64,000 nucleotides of DNA from an uncultured virus (IMG/VR IMGVR_UViG_3300030580_000287) (Duplodnaviria > Heunggongvirae > Uroviricota > Caudoviricetes), in IMG/VR virus record IMGVR_UViG_3300030580_000287. The stretch is one strand, 5' to 3'. Shown here one piece after another: positions 58,469 through 64,000 of the stretch. Under the pieces are notes generated by a model. That model was not told the DNA's origin, ran no database searches, and was given only the letters and a program-made list of their open reading frames with translations. The translations under genes and the position numbers were made by a program. How positions within the stretch are numbered: position 1 is the first letter of the stretch; the number at the start of each line of letters is the position of its first letter.

Positions 58469-58992
58469 CGCCGGTGCAGAAGCTGGGTGGGCTGGTGTTG
58501 CTGATCCTGGTATTGATGGCCGGTACAGCCGTCGCCACCTGGGAGGTGCAGGACTGGCGCTTGGGTAAGAAGGTCGCCGAGCAGGTCGCAGAGCAGGGCG
58601 CCGATCACCAGAAAGCCTTGGACGCGATCACCAGCGAAGCTTGGCGACAGCAGGCGGCCGAACAGGACAAGCGGCTGGCCACCGAGCATCTGCTCGCTGT
58701 CCAGGACCTACAACACACTCGAGAACTTTCCGATGCCCAACGCAAACAGGCTCTTCTGCGTGATCGCCTTGCCACTGCTGATGTGCGGCTGTCAGTCCTC
58801 CTTGCCGACGATCCGGCCGGTGGCTGCAACATGCCTTCCACCTCCGGCGCCGTCGGCGTGGTTCATGCAGCCCGTCGAGCCCAACTTGACCCAGCGCATG
58901 CTCAACGAGTTATCGCCATCACCGACGACGGCGACAACGCCCTGATTGCCCTGCGCGCTTGCCAGGCGTACGTCAGGGCTGTAGTACGCTGA
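58465..58992 (+). CDS. Rz-like i-spanin
   Basis: TM plus coiled coil; LRDRLATADVRLSV; LRACQAY. Confidence 0.85.
   Translation: MTPVQKLGGLVLLILVLMAGTAVATWEVQDWRLGKKVAEQVAEQGADHQKALDAITSEAWRQQAAEQDKRLATEHLLAVQDLQHTRELSDAQRKQALLRDRLATADVRLSVLLADDPAGGCNMPSTSGAVGVVHAARRAQLDPAHAQRVIAITDDGDNALIALRACQAYVRAVVR
58733..58945 (+). CDS. Rz1-like o-spanin embedded in Rz
   Basis: +1 frame within Rz; lipobox-like LMCGC; Pro-rich PPPAPSAW. Confidence 0.75.
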   Translation: MPNANRLFCVIALPLLMCGCQSSLPTIRPVAATCLPPPAPSAWFMQPVEPNLTQRMLNELSPSPTTATTP

Positions 58993-59097
58993 CCTACATT
59001 TACCGTCAAAAAAATTAGCGTGGCCTAACATGTAGGCAAATGAAGTGAGATCTGGCTGAGGGGCCCCGTCCAGCCAGATAGAACACCTTCGCCGTGA

Positions 59098-59790
59098 CTA
59101 CTCGTCGAAAGCCGCTTCTAGATTAAGTTTTGCGGCGCCGCCTTCCCGTTGAAAACCAGGCTGGTTCAGCCTTACAGACCATACATAGTCGTGTTTGGGG
59201 CCCACGTTGTCGATGTGACATTGGGCGCACTGAGCACGCGCTCGCGCTGGAGAGAATTGTTCATAGGGTGGCGCCTGATGCCCAAAACTGAAGTACGACC
59301 AACCGCCCGGCTCGCCGGGATAGCGTTTGCTGTCTTTGAGCATTAGGCTGAGCCCTGTTTGTCCGTGGGCAAAAATGACCTTACTGCCGCCGAGATTGCA
59401 AACATAAGCTGGCGGACCATCGCAGTTCTTCGGATCGATACTAGTGATACTGAACTCCTTAATCATCAGAGAACCTTCCGGCCACGTCCCTGTTTTCATG
59501 AAGGCTCGGTAGGCGCTTGGCTCAACATAGACACTATGGAATTCGGGCGTCTTCGTTACGGTGTTGTCTAGGGGGGTTACAGTGATAGATTCCCACGCTG
59601 TATAGGCGTGCACCCACGAGCGGTAGCCTTTCGGAAGGGCCGCCTCACCGTTTTCGTTAAAGGCGAGCTTCACTGCCGGGAGAGGCAGTCCGGCATCATT
59701 GGATTGCTTCTCAATGGTGCCAGCCAGGGCAAAGGTCCCCGCCAAGGCTACCGACCCCATCATCAGCCCATAAGGCACTACTCGAACCAT
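59098..59790 (-). CDS. Cytochrome P460 family protein
   Basis: Signal peptide; LPKGYRSW, WPEGSLMIKE, GGWSYF, C-terminal CAQCH heme motif. Confidence 0.8.
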   Translation of the reverse strand: MVRVVPYGLMMGSVALAGTFALAGTIEKQSNDAGLPLPAVKLAFNENGEAALPKGYRSWVHAYTAWESITVTPLDNTVTKTPEFHSVYVEPSAYRAFMKTGTWPEGSLMIKEFSITSIDPKNCDGPPAYVCNLGGSKVIFAHGQTGLSLMLKDSKRYPGEPGGWSYFSFGHQAPPYEQFSPARARAQCAQCHIDNVGPKHDYVWSVRLNQPGFQREGGAAKLNLEAAFDE

Positions 59791-59933
59791 ATATCCTCCT
59801 AGAAACGCAGCCGGTGAGAACGCTCTCACTGCATTGTTTGCTTTCCTTAAAGATAGAAATAATCGAAGTACTTGCTCGTTAGTTTCGTTCCAATCACTGG
59901 TCCACTCTCTGTTGTAGTGGGTCAGCGAACATT

Positions 59934-60440
59934 TCAGGCTAGATCGCTGCGCTCCGTGTCACTCTGTTTGGATCGAGTCGTCAGTTGTTGCGCCGCGTTC
60001 TTGAGCAGCACCAACGAGCCAGCCATCAACACTAGATCCTTGATCAGGAAAGAGGTGGCGCCGCCCATGGCAGGGAAGCCACCTGCCGAAGCCTCCCAGC
60101 CACCCGGAGTGGTTAGGAGCAGACTGGCGGTTGTCAGGTAGGTCAGAGAGGAGGCTGCGGCGGCAATCAGCGTAATCCTCGGAGACCACACACCGATGGC
60201 CAGACCCAGACCGATAGCCCATTCGGCTCCGCCCAGAGCATAACTTGCACCCTGAGTGCCAAACACTTCGTACATCCAAGAAAGGAGGGGGCTGTTACTG
60301 ATCAGCGGGATCAATGCCTGGGCTTCGTAATCAAACCATTTTGTGTAGCCAAACATCAGGAATATCAAGACAAGGGCCCAGCGCATGAATTCGACATCAA
60401 ACGACTGGCGAAGCAAGCGGGAATATATGTATGAGAGCAT
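59934..60440 (-). CDS. DUF417/YkgB (RclC-like) membrane protein
   Basis: FGYTKWFDYEA..L.PLISNSPLLSWMY; FLIKDLVL. Confidence 0.85.
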   Translation of the reverse strand: MLSYIYSRLLRQSFDVEFMRWALVLIFLMFGYTKWFDYEAQALIPLISNSPLLSWMYEVFGTQGASYALGGAEWAIGLGLAIGVWSPRITLIAAAASSLTYLTTASLLLTTPGGWEASAGGFPAMGGATSFLIKDLVLMAGSLVLLKNAAQQLTTRSKQSDTERSDLA

Positions 60441-60545
60441 GGGATTTCCTTAACGACAATGAGAGTTATAGACGTAGAGTTCCCTCAAATCGATGCGTTA
60501 CAGTTTTTGTAATTTTTTTGTATTTTTTTTGAAAAGGTCAAGAAG

Positions 60546-60659
60546 GGGATGCTGCGCTCGGCCAGCGTGCCGACGAATCTCGACTGGGTGCGCCGAGAGA
60601 TGATGAGCCAGAGCTACACCACTAAGCTGGACCAACTATGGACCGTGGCGTGCAAATAG
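60546..60659 (+). pseudogene. umuC: umuC/rulB C-terminal remnant
   Basis: GMLRSASVP...W..RREMMSQSYTTKLDQLW (DUF4113-like tail). Confidence 0.7.
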
Positions 60660-60662
60660 AGC

Positions 60663-60872
60663 TCATTCCTGTGTCAAAAGGACGGCCAGCGTCAATTTGA
60701 TGGACTCTTCGTTATCTTCGATGGTGTGCAAGGAGCCGCGTACGTTCTCAGCTACGTCGGCAGATCCTCGCTGCTCCACCCAGTTAGATAACTCCATGAT
60801 GGAGCTTACTAGGGCCAGTTGGTTTTCGTAGAGCTTATAGAGCAGGGTGGGAAGTAGATCTGAGTTCGGCAT
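60663..60872 (-). CDS. Small hypothetical protein, paralogue of 39842-40060
   Basis: Shared motifs with that ORF. Confidence 0.65.
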   Translation of the reverse strand: MPNSDLLPTLLYKLYENQLALVSSIMELSNWVEQRGSADVAENVRGSLHTIEDNEESIKLTLAVLLTQE

Positions 60873-61019
60873 CGGTGTTTCTCTTGTGGAGTGAACAGCT
60901 TAGCATTTGGCTCTTGGGAGCCCGTTCCAAGGTTATGAGTGTCCGCGCTGGCCACGGAACAGCGTCGGATAGGTGAGCTTTTGACCTGGCACATCACGGG
61001 ATCGCGTTGTTATTGTTAT

Positions 61020-62201
61020 TCAGTTGACGTTGATCGGGTCACTTTTCGAGGTGCCAGTTCTAGCTTTCTTAATGTAAGAGCATTGATTACCATTATTTCT
61101 CACATCCTCATAACTCAGCGCTTTAAGCTGTATAGCTCGGTCATTTGCTTTTGTGATTCTATTTTCTATTTTATCGATCTCTGGCTTTGGCAGCAGTTCA
61201 TACGAATTTACTGTGTTTAGCCTAGATTGCAATACCGGTATTTGGGAAGATACAAAGTAACCAATGTTGCATGTGTGAATTCGCACATTGACGTCAGGGC
61301 TGGCAGCCCCGTTAGTGTTGGTTGAGATGTTTTGCTCGGCAGCTGCCAAGGATGTCTCTAGTTCGTCGAGATATATTTTGCCTTTTGCAATTCTGGCGCT
61401 GGAGACCAAAAGAAGTTGATCGTTAAGTCGGAGCATTTCGCCCAAGTTTTTTTCGTAGGTCATTACGTCAAAGGTGTTTGTGAGATTAAGGAAGGAAGTT
61501 TTATGAGCTGGTTTTTGAGGGATAAACGTTAGCCGCTCATCAGCCTTGGTGACGGAAATATCCTGTTTAGCTGCAAGAGTTATGTTTTTCGTCAGCGTGT
61601 TATATACAAGGGCATAGCATTCTTCACTGGAGGTGCACAACTCACGTAACCGAGCCCAGAGAATGTATGATGTGCTTGCCATCGTCCGGAGGCGAACCAT
61701 TTCTAAGCCCGTAGAAGACGATCGACCTTCAGCGCACAGCACCTGTCGAGCTCTCGAATCATAGTCAGCATAATTAGAGATAATACTATCTACTGTAGTT
61801 TTGTATTTAATATCTCCTCTAACCTCTATAAGTGCCTCTTTCATTGCGGCAACATCTTTTGGATCGAAACCGAGGATGCGCTTAAGACCTTTGCCAGCCC
61901 CATATGTGATACCTTCCGCGGCGCAGGCAAACTCATCGACAGTATTGCGAACGAGTTTATTAGCTTCATCTAGGTAGCCATAAACACTGCGGTCAGTCCG
62001 GTCAAGAATTTTGAATATTTCAATGCGAGTGTTTGTTGGGAAGGTTTTTATAACTTCAAGAGTTTCCTTGTCGACACCTGCTTTTACCTCGAACCCGAGG
62101 GTTGCCTTCAGCTCACCAAGGAATGCAAAACTGACGTTGGGGAAGGTTAGTAATAAGGATGCTAAAACGACTGTGTTTCGGACGGTTGAGCGCTTTATCA
62201 T
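61020..62201 (-). CDS. Secreted hypothetical protein
   Basis: 393-aa ORF with signal peptide (SFA-F); AT-rich. Confidence 0.7.
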   Translation of the reverse strand: MIKRSTVRNTVVLASLLLTFPNVSFAFLGELKATLGFEVKAGVDKETLEVIKTFPTNTRIEIFKILDRTDRSVYGYLDEANKLVRNTVDEFACAAEGITYGAGKGLKRILGFDPKDVAAMKEALIEVRGDIKYKTTVDSIISNYADYDSRARQVLCAEGRSSSTGLEMVRLRTMASTSYILWARLRELCTSSEECYALVYNTLTKNITLAAKQDISVTKADERLTFIPQKPAHKTSFLNLTNTFDVMTYEKNLGEMLRLNDQLLLVSSARIAKGKIYLDELETSLAAAEQNISTNTNGAASPDVNVRIHTCNIGYFVSSQIPVLQSRLNTVNSYELLPKPEIDKIENRITKANDRAIQLKALSYEDVRNNGNQCSYIKKARTGTSKSDPINVN

Positions 62202-62616
62202 GTTGAGTCCCTTCGTCTTTTTTGGAATTAAGTGGGATAGGTAGGTGCTTATTTACACCTTCAGCTGAAATCCACTCATTTTTTCTATGATGGCAAGGAG
62301 CAACTATAGAACAACCCAAGCGTTTTGAAAGTCCTGAAAAAAACTTCAAATCGCTAGGCTTATGAAAGCGAAAGAAAATACAATTTATTGAATGTGCGCT
62401 GCTGGCCGAACGCGGCCATACGATGATGGCTCATGAGTCGCTGACTATTTGATGGTTTGTGTTCAGTCTATAGGACGTCGATCGCAGGGATTTTCTGATC
62501 GAAGGCTTGTAGGGAGATTTGCGGGGATTCGTGGATCATTGTTCAACATCGTTAGGCGTCGATTGCAGTGGGCGCCTACGTAAACATCTGTTGTGCAAGG
62601 GGTTTCAGAACGTCCG

Positions 62617-62675
62617 CTAGCATGGGGTGCTAGGGGTCGAGTGTTCGAATCACTCCGTCCCGACCATATTTTTCA
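62617..62675 (+). repeat. attR: 3' half of tRNA-Pro(GGG)
   Basis: CTAGC-ATGGGGT-GCTAG anticodon arm, T arm and CCA; 5' half absent. Confidence 0.92.
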
Positions 62676-62677
62676 GT

Positions 62678-62711
62678 AAAAAAGCCGAACGCTAACCCGT
62701 TCGGCTTTTTT
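62678..62711 (+). terminator. Original tRNA terminator (bidirectional)
   Basis: AAAAAAGCCGAAC...GTTCGGCTTTTTT. Confidence 0.8.
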
Positions 62712-62853
62712 GTGCGCGTAGACTTTTACAGGGAGACTGATCGCAGTTTTTTCAGTCTTTTCCCATCGGTGTAATTTATTTGTCTCTTGAAGCCTCTACC
62801 TTGCCCTGAGTCTTTCTTTGTCGTTCAAGAACTCCAAGGGATTGAATAGTTTT

Positions 62854-64000
62854 ATGCCTACTCTCACACGCAGGAGGCTGCTACAGGCGGCCGCTATCGG
62901 GTCAACCTTTACGCTGTTGCCCGACTCCATCCGCCAGGCCCTGGCGATCCCCGCTAACAACCGCACCGGCACGATCAAGGATGTCGAGCATGTGGTGATC
63001 CTGATGCAGGAGAACCGTTCGTTCGATCACTATTTCGGCACCTTGCCCGGCGTGCGCGGTTTCAGTGATCGATTCACTATTCCGTTACCCGGCAAGCATA
63101 AGGTCTGGGAGCAACAGGGGGTCGGGCGGAAGGTGTTGCCTTATCACCTGGACAGTTCGCTCGGCAACGCACAGCGGGTCAACGGTACGCCCCATTCCTG
63201 GGTGGATGAGCATGCGGCCTGGGGCAGTGGCCGGATGAATGCGTGGCCGACGTTCAAGACGTCCACGTCCATGGGTTACTACCGTGAGCAGGAGCTGCCG
63301 TTCCAGTTTGCCCTGGCTAACACCTTCACCCTGTGCGATGCCTACCATTGTTCGGTGCACGCCGGCACCAATCCGAATCGGCTGTTTCACTGGACCGGCA
63401 CCAATGGGCCGACCGGGGCCAATGTCGCGGCGGTGGTTAACGAGTGGGATGGTCCTGGCGCCGTGACGGTCGGCTACACCTGGAAAACCTATCCCGAGCG
63501 CCTGGAGGAGGCGGGCGTCAGTTGGAAGGTCTATCAGTTCTTGCCGGACAACTTTGGCGATAACCCATTGGCCGGCTTTCGCCAGTATCGCGCCGCCAGT
63601 GTCGCTGCCGGCAACCCCGCACAGCCACCGAAAGACTTTACGGCCTTTGTGCCTTACAGCGATCAACTCAATGCCCGGGTGCCGTTGTACAAGGGCAACG
63701 GCAATACCCTCCCGGCCAGCAGCGGCAGTCAACTGGAAGCGATCATCCAGGGCTTTCGTGACGACGTGCACGGTGGGCGCCTGCCCCAGGTGAGCTGGAT
63801 CGTCGCCCCGGCCAATTACTCCGAACACCCCGGGCCTTCCAGTCCTGTGCAGGGCGGCTGGTTCACCCAGGAGATCCTCAAGGCGTTGACCGACAACCCG
63901 CAGGTCTGGAGCAAGACTGTGTTGCTGGTCAACTACGATGAAAACGATGGTTTCTTCGACCATGTGCCGTCGCCGTCGGCCCCGTCTAAGCGGCTGGATG
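62854..64000 (+). CDS. Phosphocholine-specific phospholipase C (PlcN-like), Tat signal; partial
   Basis: MPTLTRRRLL; VEHVVILMQENRSFDHYFG; TNPNR; SEHP; YDENDGFFDHV; runs off window. Confidence 0.92.
   Translation, partial: MPTLTRRRLLQAAAIGSTFTLLPDSIRQALAIPANNRTGTIKDVEHVVILMQENRSFDHYFGTLPGVRGFSDRFTIPLPGKHKVWEQQGVGRKVLPYHLDSSLGNAQRVNGTPHSWVDEHAAWGSGRMNAWPTFKTSTSMGYYREQELPFQFALANTFTLCDAYHCSVHAGTNPNRLFHWTGTNGPTGANVAAVVNEWDGPGAVTVGYTWKTYPERLEEAGVSWKVYQFLPDNFGDNPLAGFRQYRAASVAAGNPAQPPKDFTAFVPYSDQLNARVPLYKGNGNTLPASSGSQLEAIIQGFRDDVHGGRLPQVSWIVAPANYSEHPGPSSPVQGGWFTQEILKALTDNPQVWSKTVLLVNYDENDGFFDHVPSPSAPSKRLD

Larger units (their letters stand above)
36764..62675. mobile_element. Element 2: defective prophage retaining immunity switch, tail-tip and lysis modules
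   Basis: Bounded by 57-bp direct repeats; integrase remnant at left; similar GTAGGGA..TTTGCGGGG arm-like sites at 36804 and 62509. Confidence 0.85.

Noticed and set aside
49730..58992. Functional F- or R-type tailocin
   Set aside because: No tail tube, sheath, full tape measure or holin in element 2

Overview
Pseudomonas-type chromosomal window with two phage-derived elements integrated in tandem at a tRNA-Pro(GGG) gene. A 57-bp perfect direct repeat of the tRNA 3' half lies at 36707-36763 and 62619-62675; the intact tRNA and the left part of prophage 1 must be upstream of the window. (1) 1-36763 is the right ~37 kb of an apparently intact lambdoid siphovirus: replication initiator and DnaC-like loader, nin region, Q-like antiterminator with pR'/tR', holins, terminase, portal, capsid, lambda-like tail with a -1 frameshifted chaperone, fibre, endolysin and spanins. 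Its accessory genes include an AmpDh3-like amidase, a structured GGA-rich ncRNA candidate facing a divergent CsrA/RsmA homologue, an HslV/proteasome-beta-like Thr hydrolase, a GIY-YIG/NUMOD3 nuclease behind a LexA box, two lipoproteins, an OafA-like acyltransferase and a Dam-like methylase. (2) 36764-62675 is a defective element with only an integrase C-terminal remnant. It keeps a cI/cro/cII switch whose left and right operators are separated by ~10 kb of cargo (two TA systems, a stand-alone nucleotidyltransferase, a satellite-like regulatory remnant). It has no replication, head or tail-tube genes, but retains open tail-tip genes, an SGNH tailspike, an HExxH protease, a GH19 endolysin and spanins, then cytochrome P460, DUF417 and a umuC remnant. 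Host DNA (Tat-exported phospholipase C) resumes at 62854. All family assignments come from motif recognition by eye; no searches were run.
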